Shown here one piece after another: positions 47,309 through 57,757 of a DNA stretch of 64,000 nt. The position numbers and the translations under genes are program-made. A model generated the notes under the pieces. It ran no database searches. It was not told where the DNA came from and worked only from the letters and a program-made list of their open reading frames with translations. How positions within the stretch are numbered: the stretch's first letter is position 1; each line of letters opens with the position of its first letter. Source of the DNA: a virus; the IMG/VR virus record IMGVR_UViG_3300036766_000359, positions 1-64,000 of that record. One strand, 5' to 3'.

Positions 47309-47776
47309 TTACTTCCCGACCGTTGCGGCAAGTTCCTTGATGTGTTTTAACGCCGCTGATTCATCTTCATTTTCCAAATCTTCTGTAATCATACCTACAT
47401 AATTTTGGATGGTAACCATATTATTAACAGCCATTTTCAGGGCTGCAGCATTGAGTTGACGACTGAGTCGCGGATTACTACTAGCAATCCGTTTGGCAAT
47501 CTTAACCAGTTCTGCGGCGTGTTCACGATGGATGTTGGACATTGTAGCTTTCTTTATTTGAGTTGCACTGGCTCGACGATCAGAAAGAAAACGAGCTTTT
47601 GCTTTTTCTGGAGTGGATTGTGGCCTACCAGTAAAGTCCCATTCTGATTTTGGATCTTCACTATTCTCTACCACACCCATCCAATATGGGTCTTCACCAT
47701 CTTTTTCATCAATCTGCACCACTACAACGCCGTCCATTACACGACGTTCAACGACATAATTTTGGAGATCGGACAT
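47309..47776 (-). CDS. Hypothetical protein (candidate internal head protein)
   Basis: 155 aa; ELVKIAKRIASSNPRLS motif. Confidence 0.7.
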   Translation of the reverse strand: MSDLQNYVVERRVMDGVVVVQIDEKDGEDPYWMGVVENSEDPKSEWDFTGRPQSTPEKAKARFLSDRRASATQIKKATMSNIHREHAAELVKIAKRIASSNPRLSRQLNAAALKMAVNNMVTIQNYVGMITEDLENEDESAALKHIKELAATVGK

Positions 47777-47800
47777 CTAAGTCATCCTTAACTCGACTCA

Positions 47801-48493
47801 TTATTTTAAATCTGAAGGATGTATAACAAAACTGCAGTTTTGACACTGCAAAACGCGCTTACCTTGACGATATGTACGAGGTTTGAGCATGCCCTTACAA
47901 CGTGGACAAACTACTTTCCCAGAAGATTTCTCCTTCTGGGTTACTTTGTAACGACGCTTATTGTTTTTCCAATAAATGGAAAGACGACGACCGTGCTCGT
48001 ACAAATTAGATACTGTCAGTCGGACAGCTTCTTGACCATATTCTTTACCAAAGACAGAAGCCATCCGAAAATAAGTCTCAATCTCATCCATTTCGCAATG
48101 CCACGCTTCACAAGCCGCTCTCCAAAGGGGGAGAGTCAAGTCTTCGTAAGCGTCAACAACACGTGATGAGAGCTTCTTCCGAAACTTCTGATCAGCTTTC
48201 TGAGCGGCGTCCGAGCCATCATTTCTCGCGCCTTCCCAGGTTGAATAACTCTGGTCAGCTTGAGTGATAGCAAAAAACCCAGATGTGTCCCGAATTAGTT
48301 CAGATGCAGTCTCAAGCTCTGCACCCCACGGCCATTGCACCTGAATCTTCCCAGTGTCTACGTTCGAATAGATGACGCGACCGATATACGGACTTAAAAC
48401 AAAGTCACGCAAACCAGCTTTGCGCACAACATCGCCAGTATTGAAATCCCTGGCAATCAGCTGGTCATCAACGAACGCTATTCGTGCAGTCAT
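47801..48493 (-). CDS. Hypothetical protein with SH3-like N-terminus and C-terminal Zn ribbon
   Basis: FNTGDVVRK..GRVIY; CPRC..CQNC. Confidence 0.7.
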   Translation of the reverse strand: MTARIAFVDDQLIARDFNTGDVVRKAGLRDFVLSPYIGRVIYSNVDTGKIQVQWPWGAELETASELIRDTSGFFAITQADQSYSTWEGARNDGSDAAQKADQKFRKKLSSRVVDAYEDLTLPLWRAACEAWHCEMDEIETYFRMASVFGKEYGQEAVRLTVSNLYEHGRRLSIYWKNNKRRYKVTQKEKSSGKVVCPRCKGMLKPRTYRQGKRVLQCQNCSFVIHPSDLK

Positions 48494-48553
48494 ACGGCCT
48501 TCTCGAGTGCGGCCAATATTATTGGCGTTAGCTCAAATCCGAGACGCCGTAGA

Positions 48554-49099
48554 TCAGGGAGCCCAGGTCTTGGTAGAAGCAGCGCGGGGAGATGATCCCT
48601 GCTTCGTGCTATTACCAGCCGGACCCTTCGCCCATGAAGGCTGTTGCTTAGTGGGTTCAGACCACTCCGACAAGTCACGAATCTTATGTTCCTTACGATC
48701 AGTCACAGTGGTGGTGCGGTCCTGATCGTAGTTATTGATCGCATCGGAGTTGAAAGACTTATCCGTCCTGTGCATGTACGGTTCGTCAGAGTCCGATTGG
48801 ATAACCTTATTCGGGTTATCGAAGGTATTCATGTATGGTTCATCAGAATCCTTCTGAAGGACCTTCGCGACCTTTTCCGAGTGACGCTTCAGGGAACCCG
48901 GTCCGAATGCTGCAACCTGGAAACGGTCAGCAAACGTATCGATATCCCTCACGAGAGAAGAAGCGACCTTCGGGTCAATCTTGCCCGCTTTAACAAGGGA
49001 ATCAATTTTGTTAGCGGTCTCGTCAAGATTTGCGAGAACTCTGTTTGCAACATTCTTCTGAATCATAATTTCTCCGGGCTTGTTCTTTGAAACAAACAT
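48554..49099 (-). CDS. Hypothetical head-region protein
   Basis: Internal repeat DSDEPYM x2; codon usage like the capsid genes. Confidence 0.7.
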   Translation of the reverse strand: MFVSKNKPGEIMIQKNVANRVLANLDETANKIDSLVKAGKIDPKVASSLVRDIDTFADRFQVAAFGPGSLKRHSEKVAKVLQKDSDEPYMNTFDNPNKVIQSDSDEPYMHRTDKSFNSDAINNYDQDRTTTVTDRKEHKIRDLSEWSEPTKQQPSWAKGPAGNSTKQGSSPRAASTKTWAP

Positions 49100-49106
49100 G
49101 AAAGGT

Positions 49107-50573
49107 TCACCACGTCATATCATTGACTGAAATAGATGTCGAGGCCTTTTTCTTCCCGAATGGAGGGGCCTTCTTCCCACCGAATGGGGCCTTCTTACCC
49201 TTACCCTTACCCTTACCCTTACCCTTACCCTCGTCTTCTTCGTCCTTCTTCTTAGACTTGTTGGAAGTCTTCTTCGGCTTTGTCTTCTTTTTCTTAGCAG
49301 CCAAAATGGGAAGAAGAACAGAACGAGTTTCTGGAATCTCTTGAGCGAGGCGTACCAAAGTGCTCATTTTGATGCGGACCGAACTCGTAGTAACTTTCTT
49401 GGCTGCGTCTTCAGCTTTTGAGAAAACGTTGTCAAGAGCTTTCATGAAACCCTCAATGTCATCACTTTCAAGGAGTTTTTGAGCTTTCTTAGCGTCACCG
49501 CTTAAAGAATTCAAAAGTGCCTTACCATCCTCCTCAGATAATTCATTAATGGCATCAAGTATACTCTCAAGTTTAGCCCCACCAATACCGGCAGCAACCC
49601 TAGAAGCACTTTTCTTCTTCTTAAGGGTTTCCGTCATGCTCTCCAATGCCTTGAGGAAAGCTTCAATATCTTCCGCTTGAGTAAGTTCATTCGTCTCGGC
49701 TTTAAGCGCTTCGAGATCGACAATACCTTCTTCTACTGATTCAGACATGTTCTTGTCGAACATAGACCCAGACTGCTGTTCCTGCTGTTCCTGTTGGCCC
49801 CGCTGCTCCTGCTGCTCTTCCTGGGCTGTTCGGATTGAACGAACAACTTTGACGATCTCAAGGGCAGATCGCGGATCTGATTGCCTCAGTTCAGTAGCGA
49901 TACGAAGAAGATCATTTACATTCACATTTTTCATAACTGAAGCATTCCTATTGGATTTGTGTTTTTCAGGAATAACGGTCTCGGAAAACTGATCGTGATC
50001 CCAACCTGCAAGTCTGTTCAAAAGCAGGTCATAGGTCTCTGCATCAATCTTAGACTGATAAAGACTCGAGTCAGCCGAATTAATGGCCAAATCAAGAGCT
50101 GCCCGGAATGGTGCATCATCGGAACCACCATCCCACCCATACTTTAACCAGTCATCTTTCATCAAATCTTTAGCGGTTGCTACAATAGAGTCGTAGTGCT
50201 CTTTCCCAAAATACCGCTTATCGTATGATTTATATCCAGTGTCAGTCGGACCGGATGGGTGACCCTGTCCAATAACTCCATGGAACGAAGAAGTTTTAGA
50301 TGAAAACATGGTTTCATACAGTCCAGTTCCATAAGAAGCTGCTGTACTAATAGCATCTATTATACTACCGGCAATAGATGCTAGAGACATGTCGGAGTCA
50401 AAAGACTCCATATCGGAATCTGTCTCTTTCATTCTTCGTCTTCTGTTATCGTGCTTTGGACCCTTCTTATTATCCGTCTTCCTAGACGGAGGGGTCTCTT
50501 TGTTGATCAGACGCTCTACTTGTCGTTCTTCTACTTCAGAAGGACTCAAGGAGCTATCAGAGATATGAAGCAT
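49107..50573 (-). CDS. Hypothetical head-region protein (acidic linkers, KG-repeat basic tail)
   Basis: Directly downstream of the portal; RTAQEEQQE, LVRLAQEIPETRSVLLP, (KG)n and KKAPFGGKKAPPF. Confidence 0.75.
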   Translation of the reverse strand: MLHISDSSLSPSEVEERQVERLINKETPPSRKTDNKKGPKHDNRRRRMKETDSDMESFDSDMSLASIAGSIIDAISTAASYGTGLYETMFSSKTSSFHGVIGQGHPSGPTDTGYKSYDKRYFGKEHYDSIVATAKDLMKDDWLKYGWDGGSDDAPFRAALDLAINSADSSLYQSKIDAETYDLLLNRLAGWDHDQFSETVIPEKHKSNRNASVMKNVNVNDLLRIATELRQSDPRSALEIVKVVRSIRTAQEEQQEQRGQQEQQEQQSGSMFDKNMSESVEEGIVDLEALKAETNELTQAEDIEAFLKALESMTETLKKKKSASRVAAGIGGAKLESILDAINELSEEDGKALLNSLSGDAKKAQKLLESDDIEGFMKALDNVFSKAEDAAKKVTTSSVRIKMSTLVRLAQEIPETRSVLLPILAAKKKKTKPKKTSNKSKKKDEEDEGKGKGKGKGKGKKAPFGGKKAPPFGKKKASTSISVNDMTW

Positions 50574-50603
50574 ACAAATATGCTAAACAAGATTATTAAA
50601 AAG

Positions 50604-53600
50604 TTACTCGTCCCCTTCTTCCTTACCAAACCTATCACTTTTCTTCTTGGTATATTTGAGTCCAGCGCCTTTGGCAAGTCTTTCAAGAACATCCGTTTCA
50701 TCGATAGCTTTATCGCCAGCCTTCTGAAGTAATGACTTGAGAAATTCATTGAACGTCGAGTCATTGGGTGTGAACATGTCAAGTTTGAGTTGTTCAAGCG
50801 TCTCGTCAGAGTCGATGTTCAAAAGTTCCAATATGAAAGATATCGGCAAAGAACCCTTTTGATATAGGTTGAACATGTAGTCTTGGAGTTCAGAGTTATC
50901 CCTGAGTGCGAGACGGGTAAACTGAAGCTTCGGGTATATGTACGTCTTATTGCCAGACTCGTCGATCTCAAAAAACCCTTTTTTCTCAGCAACCGGCTCA
51001 AAAAGTAACTCTTCAACAAATTGAGCTATACTTTCTCGGTATAGAAGATACATAGTATTCATGACGTCAAGATGAATACGTTCTCCGGAATAAGTCGATT
51101 CACCAGTCAACATGGATTCGGTAATACGTAGCCCAACAAACAATAACTTGTTGGTTATCTCATACTCAGTCCCGAGGTCAAGAAGACGGTCACGTGAACC
51201 GATTTCATCCCAGTGAACCTCAAAGTTTGTAACGATGGTGAAATCAGGGTCAATGATAGCCTGATCGATCTGATCACGAAGAGCGTCAACGTCTGGTTCC
51301 GACATCTTGTCGGCCCAAATAATACGTTTCGGTGTCATGGCCCGAGACGCAATCGAGGTTTGTGCCTGTCTTAACTTGTCTTGATAGACTAGCGTTCGAA
51401 GGCAATTCGCTTGCCAAATTCTATTAGCATAGAAAGAATGATCCTCATCAACATTCAAGCTATAAACTGGACCTTCATACGGAAACTTGTCGACGGATTT
51501 CACGCGATAATAAAGGAGCCCATCATAGAAACGATGTTTCCGACCCCAACCGAGCTTCTCTGGGATACGAATATCGACACTCTTTGCCAAAAATCCAGAG
51601 TCCATGACTCGAGCAACAGCTTCACTATCAGAGAAGGCCGCTTGCCAAAGGGGTTTACAATCTTTCGTAATTGTCCCATCTGGCATACGAACATCACGAG
51701 ATTTGTGTAAATGCATTGAAGGAGAAAGTCCGAGAGACTGCATGAGAAGAATTATCTGATCCATTAGTGGCTTCGTCGACATGGCCAACTGAACAGTCAC
51801 AGTTCCAGTTTTTTTCACCGTAACACAGCCATCAGAGTCTACTAGACCACGAATGAGACCGATCAAGAACTCTTTAGGAGCATCAAACACCCAACTAGGA
51901 ATATGTTTATCATCTTTTGTATGCCCAAAATTCGCAGCTAACCAGCGAGTGAATACATCATTATACCCAAGAATATTCTTAATGCTGCTCGGAGCAGCGT
52001 GTTCAGTTTCGAACCATTTAACTCCGAGTCGATCCAGAATTGGTTTCACATGCTCGGCAGACGCACAAGAGCGAGGAGACTTTGAACTATAACATACTCC
52101 AAATTGACCATAGTCAAGAGTTGAAGAGTTTTTGCGAATCCATCCATCTCCAAGCCAGTATCCAATCAAATACCCAGAGTCGCCATCCAATGGTAGGACC
52201 TTCTGAAAGGTTTTTAAAGAATTCCTAGATCTGTCTACATCTCTTCGGTTCAAAAGAGGATGGAAAGTAGTTAAATAACGTTTTCCAACCCGGACGACTT
52301 TAGATGAAACACCAAGCTCGGCCAGATGAGATCTAATTTTTGTTTTATCTGATGGATAAAAACCGAACTTTTCTAAGAATTCAGATCCAGAAACCGTGAT
52401 AGGTTCAGTTATGTTTTCAAGCCAGTCAAGAACGAATGAAATTTTATCCGCGTATGATACTTTCCTCGGGTCAGTCTCGGTCTTTGAATATTGAACAGTG
52501 AACGTTTCTGCTGTTTCATCAATAATTTCAATTGAGAGAGCAACAACCTCTCCAGACTTACGAGCAGTGTATTGAGTGGGTATCTGGGAACGAACAAAAG
52601 AGGCCAAGTTAACCAGTGAAGTGGACTCAGTCAGTTCAACTTGACTAGTTTGAACATAATCACCGGGTAACACATTTCCTGCCAAAACTTCCACTCGAGT
52701 CTCGTCCCGGAAAACTACCATCTTATGATCCGATGTTAAACGAATCGGGTCAAGAACTTTTTCAATCCTAAGTTCCGTTATTACTTCTGAAATGGGTCTC
52801 GTCCCATGGTCAAATTTTCTCCATTTACCAGATCCACCTAGAACTTCATCTATCTCCGGGTCTAAATGCTCAATTGGTATCTGTAAAATCTGTCCGTCAC
52901 GATGAGCAGTTACCTCAGTACCGGGAAGATGACAACGTTCAAGAAGAGAAATACCACGGTCGTCATATGCCGACTTCTTATGCGAAAGATGGTAACAAAA
53001 TGATGAACATAAAAAGGCATCATATGGACTTGAGTTGAGTGGAATAGGCTGACCAGATATTAGACTATCACGGATCTGATCCGGGATGTCATCAGCAATT
53101 CGCATTGACTCTTCGTCTTGTTGCTCCGAAGCCTTCATTACGAGAAGTCTATCCTTCTCGGAAGGAATGAGTTCGATCTTTGTCTTATTCGTATACTGGA
53201 ATACTTCTAGTTTAACTTGTTCAGGCGGAAGTATTTGAAGTTTTTCCCACCCGGTGTAATTCTTAGCAACGTACTCGCGAATCGTTTTATCACGCTCGTC
53301 ATCGGGTTTTGGAGAACGTTTATCTTCTTTTTTCGTTTTTGTCCGACCAGCGTAGTCAACTTCAAACGACTCTTCATCAGAATCTCCTTCTTCCGAAGGA
53401 TTAAGAAGCATATCTTCACTAATTTCAGAAGTCAGATCATGATCTTCGCAGAAAATAAAACAATTGCCATGTAACCAATATTCGTGGGTAGCATCGTAAA
53501 GAGTCTGAAATAGACGAATCTTTTTACACATCCGTTCATAAAAATGAAGAATGTTTTTATTTTGAACTTTATCTTTTCCTTTCGGAAGAGATAAACGAAT

Positions 53601-55109
53601 TTTGCTCATCGGAACATCAGTGTGAAAATCTATGGCCGATCCGACAATAGGGTGTGTATTATGAGTTGAAAGACTGTGAGCTATGTAACTTTTCCGATCA
53701 CCATCACCATATACTTCGAGGTTATAGACAATTCCTTTGTACGGGATCGACTCAAGCTTTTCGATTCGGTGTAAATACCCGAAATCGGTGTCAACTAGGT
53801 ATACACGGGTGGAGCGAGCATCATATACACCATCAACAAAATTTGCGTATTTACCAAATTCCGTTTGGTAACGACCAGGGAACGAAATATAATGGACGGT
53901 CCCAGGTGGAAAGACTTGACCATCTTTCATTGTTCTGGATGGACGATCATATTTTGAATGATAAGCTGGAAATCCTGCACGACGTGCAAGTTGGAACACC
54001 TGCGAAGCCAGATTAGAACTCATCGTATCAGCAGTATAAGAGTTATCAGTGAAACAACCGTCACCATTCCAATAAGCACCGAGGAAGTTAAGGATCAACT
54101 CAACCGGAGCATTCACAACGGCTTCACTCAAACATTTTTCATGTGAACCATTCCCGCCATTGCGAAGGCAGAAATCCAAGAATTCCATTGAGTCACACAC
54201 AACTTTAGTCGTGTTACGAGAAGAGTCCGTGTAAATACGAGCTTTCTTCCCAAATGTAGCAAGACATAGATTTGATATTTCAACCGCGATAGTGGAAGCT
54301 TCATCAATATTAAGAGAAAATTCAACTCCTCTATGGACGCCAGCCGATCTGTAGGCAGGAGAACCCTCGGATACATAGTATCCAAGAAGTCTCATAAGAT
54401 TAGAATCAAATTCGGTCGAATTCGACCCGATCATTTTCGGAGAGACAATAAAGTCTCCGACACAAAGGTCTTTCGCGTATATAAATTCAGGAGAACCAAA
54501 ATCTTTACCAGAACATTTGGTCCGACGACAGATAGCATTTACACCACTCTTACATATTCCGGATGAATCAGTATATTTACAAGAAACCTGATTTTCTTTA
54601 TACACCAGAAATGGATGATTTCCGGTGGCTTTTATAGATGACTGAATCCCACGAACCGACATTCTGACAATATTGTCATCAATGTCATTATGGAATAGTT
54701 CTTTTACGGTAGTTAACTCACCAAGCCCATTCGGAATCTTGTCTCCGATTTTGATATTCTCAATCGGACGAGTGGTCCCGTCAGACATGAGAATAGGGGT
54801 ACCAGGAGGGAAACATGTGTACCAAAATCTAAAAAGTTCACGCTTCTCGCGTTCAGACTGAGGAAGTTCAAGAAAGTCGGTTGATAATTGAGGACTGTAA
54901 AAAGCGGAGTCCGCGTTTGATATGGATTGTGAACCGGAATTACCAAAATCGCCAGCAAAAGAAGCCACACGAATTGACTGGGAAGCTTCACGCCTAGCCA
55001 TCTTCTCGAGTTTCGTAAGTTTGGACTTGGTAGCAGTCTGCTCCACTGCTTCCGTAACCGGAAAATTCGGTTTTGAGGATTTAACTCTTATTTTAGGTTT
55101 TTTAGGCAT
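50604..55109 (-). CDS. Portal protein with two inteins; spliced product ~605 aa
   Basis: Extein FRFWY|THPIVGSAIDFHTDVPMS.. and ISLLER|CLRTLVYQDKLRQAQ; coiled-coil and IFVGL-type C-region; position downstream of TerL. Confidence 0.8.
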   Translation of the reverse strand: MPKKPKIRVKSSKPNFPVTEAVEQTATKSKLTKLEKMARREASQSIRVASFAGDFGNSGSQSISNADSAFYSPQLSTDFLELPQSEREKRELFRFWYTCFPPGTPILMSDGTTRPIENIKIGDKIPNGLGELTTVKELFHNDIDDNIVRMSVRGIQSSIKATGNHPFLVYKENQVSCKYTDSSGICKSGVNAICRRTKCSGKDFGSPEFIYAKDLCVGDFIVSPKMIGSNSTEFDSNLMRLLGYYVSEGSPAYRSAGVHRGVEFSLNIDEASTIAVEISNLCLATFGKKARIYTDSSRNTTKVVCDSMEFLDFCLRNGGNGSHEKCLSEAVVNAPVELILNFLGAYWNGDGCFTDNSYTADTMSSNLASQVFQLARRAGFPAYHSKYDRPSRTMKDGQVFPPGTVHYISFPGRYQTEFGKYANFVDGVYDARSTRVYLVDTDFGYLHRIEKLESIPYKGIVYNLEVYGDGDRKSYIAHSLSTHNTHPIVGSAIDFHTDVPMSKIRLSLPKGKDKVQNKNILHFYERMCKKIRLFQTLYDATHEYWLHGNCFIFCEDHDLTSEISEDMLLNPSEEGDSDEESFEVDYAGRTKTKKEDKRSPKPDDERDKTIREYVAKNYTGWEKLQILPPEQVKLEVFQYTNKTKIELIPSEKDRLLVMKASEQQDEESMRIADDIPDQIRDSLISGQPIPLNSSPYDAFLCSSFCYHLSHKKSAYDDRGISLLERCHLPGTEVTAHRDGQILQIPIEHLDPEIDEVLGGSGKWRKFDHGTRPISEVITELRIEKVLDPIRLTSDHKMVVFRDETRVEVLAGNVLPGDYVQTSQVELTESTSLVNLASFVRSQIPTQYTARKSGEVVALSIEIIDETAETFTVQYSKTETDPRKVSYADKISFVLDWLENITEPITVSGSEFLEKFGFYPSDKTKIRSHLAELGVSSKVVRVGKRYLTTFHPLLNRRDVDRSRNSLKTFQKVLPLDGDSGYLIGYWLGDGWIRKNSSTLDYGQFGVCYSSKSPRSCASAEHVKPILDRLGVKWFETEHAAPSSIKNILGYNDVFTRWLAANFGHTKDDKHIPSWVFDAPKEFLIGLIRGLVDSDGCVTVKKTGTVTVQLAMSTKPLMDQIILLMQSLGLSPSMHLHKSRDVRMPDGTITKDCKPLWQAAFSDSEAVARVMDSGFLAKSVDIRIPEKLGWGRKHRFYDGLLYYRVKSVDKFPYEGPVYSLNVDEDHSFYANRIWQANCLRTLVYQDKLRQAQTSIASRAMTPKRIIWADKMSEPDVDALRDQIDQAIIDPDFTIVTNFEVHWDEIGSRDRLLDLGTEYEITNKLLFVGLRITESMLTGESTYSGERIHLDVMNTMYLLYRESIAQFVEELLFEPVAEKKGFFEIDESGNKTYIYPKLQFTRLALRDNSELQDYMFNLYQKGSLPISFILELLNIDSDETLEQLKLDMFTPNDSTFNEFLKSLLQKAGDKAIDETDVLERLAKGAGLKYTKKKSDRFGKEEGDE
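51405..52934 (-). mobile_element. Portal intein 2 (510 aa, LAGLIDADG)
   Basis: CHLPGT...VYSLNVDEDHSFYANRIWQAN followed by Cys; LIGYWLGDG and LIRGLVDSDG. Confidence 0.9.
53658..54815 (-). mobile_element. Portal intein 1 (386 aa, LAGLIDADG)
   Basis: CFPPGT...VYNLEV..SYIAHSLSTHN followed by Thr; LLGYYVSEG and FLGAYWNGDG. Confidence 0.9.
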
Positions 55110-55127
55110 GTTTATAACGAGATCACA

Positions 55128-55487
55128 TCATCGAAGAAGTTCCGGGTCCCGTATAACTTCTTCAAGCTCATTCCTTTTAGACTGTCGAGTCTTCCCAACA
55201 AATTTAGAAATGGTTGAAACTTTAAGTTTTGTACCCCTGATATCGCGGATCAATGGCTGGATAGACAGTCGACGCGAAACCATAGCTGCTCTTAGCACCG
55301 GGTTTCTTTCACACATTTTATGAAGTCGGTCAGCATCCTCGAGAATAGCCTCAATGATAGGGGATATATTGTCGAGACGAGACGCGACAGATCCGAAAAG
55401 ATTCAAAGCTTTTTCCAAATCATCCGTACGTTCATGGATCTCAACATCACTCAGAGTCCGGGTGCCGTGTTTTTGGGTATTCGCCAC
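55128..55487 (-). CDS. Hypothetical helical protein
   Basis: 119 aa, co-oriented between TerL and portal. Confidence 0.6.
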   Translation of the reverse strand: MANTQKHGTRTLSDVEIHERTDDLEKALNLFGSVASRLDNISPIIEAILEDADRLHKMCERNPVLRAAMVSRRLSIQPLIRDIRGTKLKVSTISKFVGKTRQSKRNELEEVIRDPELLR

Positions 55488-55490
55488 GCT

Positions 55491-55781
55491 TCACCATACT
55501 ACGGACACGGGTTTAGAAGCTATAATAACAGCAATTTTCCCATCACCACGGGACTTCACAAGATGTTCAATGGCATCTTCAATTATTTTTACTGACCTCA
55601 TATCCCCGTCCATAAGACGTTGCCAAGAACCTCCACGACGTAGAAAGTCGTGGTATAACCCCACAAAGTCTTTATTTGACATTTCTTCGTCATCGCCATA
55701 TATATGGTCCATGATTTGACGAGAAATCAAATAGGCTGTCGTGTCTTTGACACCGGCCCTACCTTTTGATTCAGTATTCAC
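55491..55781 (-). CDS. Hypothetical protein
   Basis: 96 aa, co-oriented between TerL and portal. Confidence 0.6.
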   Translation of the reverse strand: MNTESKGRAGVKDTTAYLISRQIMDHIYGDDEEMSNKDFVGLYHDFLRRGGSWQRLMDGDMRSVKIIEDAIEHLVKSRGDGKIAVIIASKPVSVVW

Positions 55782-55804
55782 GAGTTAAAAAGTGTACGAA
55801 AGGG

Positions 55805-57754
55805 CTAGGAAATTCTTTTTGCTTGCCTAGAAACAGAACGGGAGCTAACCCCGTGTAGTCTAGCACGTTGTCGATGAAACTGACCATAACCGCCAATAGA
55901 ACGCCCGGTGGGACCAGTATTTGAAACTTGACGAATTGACGAATCAAGGACCCCTGGGTTATCACGAACATATTCCATCGCCAGCATAATCGAACGAGCA
56001 AGGGAGTCTGACATATCATCATGTTTCCCGGAAATTTTTGGTGCTTCAACCACTATAATATTTTTACCACTAGATGAAGACTGAAGTTCCAATAACTCAG
56101 TTACCAATGGAGAATGACGAATGCTTTGATTTTCTGCCGAGGCTTGTTCTGGTATCGGCCAATCATATATACCGATCTGACGGTGTAACATGGCCATTTT
56201 AAATGTCTGCCACATTTGAGATGTATCAGATGGGAAGAAATTTCGCATCTCAAATTGCTTCAAATTTTTCTTATGAAGAACTTGTTCAAAAACCGGACCA
56301 GCCCACTGATCGAAAACACCGCGATAGATGTAAAACTTACGAGATAAAGCAAAAAACCAGTTTGCAATTTCGTCAAGATCAAGGCGCGGTTGGTCCTGAA
56401 GAGTCATGGCGTAAGGAACTATCGGGATATCAAGGTGCGGATTTGACTCTCTCCAACTTTTACGTGGATACCAGACCTCATGGTATATGAGTTCTATCCT
56501 TCCACCAGACAGGTGAGTGATGGCAATGGCAGTACCATCATTTGAAATACCGAAGTCGACACCAGCCCAGTGTACTTCTCTGGGGTATCCACTAAGGGAA
56601 GGACGAAGAGAAGGAATAATGCAATCCTGAAGGTCTTTCGAGTCTTCAATAAAACCACGGACACGATCAGAAAATTCAGCCCCGTACTCCGTCATGAACG
56701 ATTTCGGGTCTTTCGCGTATTCGACGCGATAGTCCTCTGAAGATAGTGTCGGGTTCACTTCCCAAGTAGGGGCCTGGATTATGAGAGTATTTGACGACTC
56801 AACACCTCCGGACATCGCTTGCTTACAAAGTTTGTAGAAAAATCCTTCTTTTGAATTCGGTGAAGAAATTAGAACCATTCGACCATCGGTCGGACCGATC
56901 GGGTTGTGTTTGTTTTTCGGGTCTTTCGGAGTAAATTGTTTGAGAGATGGAGAAAGACCTCGATATACCTGTTCTGCCGAAGAATTACCATCGTCAATAA
57001 AGAAAGCAATTTCGTCTAGGATGGCACATATTACACCACGTCCACGAAGTCCTTTAGCAATTGAACTTTTGAAAGTTGCAGTAATCGTCGCTTTCCCGTC
57101 AGGACCAAAGCGTTTCTTATCGCTTTCGGTACGAAATTTTACGTATGTTTGGGTGTCGTGAGCGACGTTATTTTTAAAGTAGTCAACGGCCTGAATATGA
57201 GCCTGGATGTCACTGTATACGATGGAAGCTTGCTCTTTGTCATTAGCTATGTCTAGTACACGAATTTCAGTACCATGAGGAAGTCCATAGTGAGCTTGCG
57301 GAGACCCACGTTTCAGTAGTTTATAAAGTTCATAGGCGGCGAACACGGCGGCCATCGAACTCTTACCTGAACGTCGTCCGAGGATAAGTATTAGTTCTCT
57401 ACGTGTTTTACCATCTTGTTCCTTTACATTACATCTTCCTTGATCATATAAGTATCTAAGGTATTCAAGTTCAGTGAATTCATGAACTACACGTTCACCA
57501 AACTTATCTTTAACAAGGATTACTTTATGGACGTCATCAAGGGGAATGTTATAGTATAATTTGACAATGAATTTCTGAGTTGGGAACAAACCATGTGGAA
57601 AAAGTTTAAATTTTTCAATAAATTCAACGATAGTGAGAAAATTTTCGTCTCCATCTTCTCCGTCTTCTCCACGTCTATCACGACGTTTCCTATCGAGGAA
57701 GTCTGAAACTTCTCCGGTTAGTTGACTCTGAAATTTAGGTTCTTTAATTGGCAC
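55805..57754 (-). CDS. terL: Terminase large subunit
   Basis: Walker A ILGRRSGKS, Walker B ILDEIAF, motif III LISSP, RNase H-like GVDFG and HDDMSDS. Confidence 0.95.
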   Translation of the reverse strand: MPIKEPKFQSQLTGEVSDFLDRKRRDRRGEDGEDGDENFLTIVEFIEKFKLFPHGLFPTQKFIVKLYYNIPLDDVHKVILVKDKFGERVVHEFTELEYLRYLYDQGRCNVKEQDGKTRRELILILGRRSGKSSMAAVFAAYELYKLLKRGSPQAHYGLPHGTEIRVLDIANDKEQASIVYSDIQAHIQAVDYFKNNVAHDTQTYVKFRTESDKKRFGPDGKATITATFKSSIAKGLRGRGVICAILDEIAFFIDDGNSSAEQVYRGLSPSLKQFTPKDPKNKHNPIGPTDGRMVLISSPNSKEGFFYKLCKQAMSGGVESSNTLIIQAPTWEVNPTLSSEDYRVEYAKDPKSFMTEYGAEFSDRVRGFIEDSKDLQDCIIPSLRPSLSGYPREVHWAGVDFGISNDGTAIAITHLSGGRIELIYHEVWYPRKSWRESNPHLDIPIVPYAMTLQDQPRLDLDEIANWFFALSRKFYIYRGVFDQWAGPVFEQVLHKKNLKQFEMRNFFPSDTSQMWQTFKMAMLHRQIGIYDWPIPEQASAENQSIRHSPLVTELLELQSSSSGKNIIVVEAPKISGKHDDMSDSLARSIMLAMEYVRDNPGVLDSSIRQVSNTGPTGRSIGGYGQFHRQRARLHGVSSRSVSRQAKRIS

Positions 57755-57757
57755 AAA

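Noticed and set aside
49195-49230. (TTACCC)6 telomere-like repeat
   Set aside because: It encodes the in-frame Lys-Gly repeat of the 49107-50573 protein; internal and coding.
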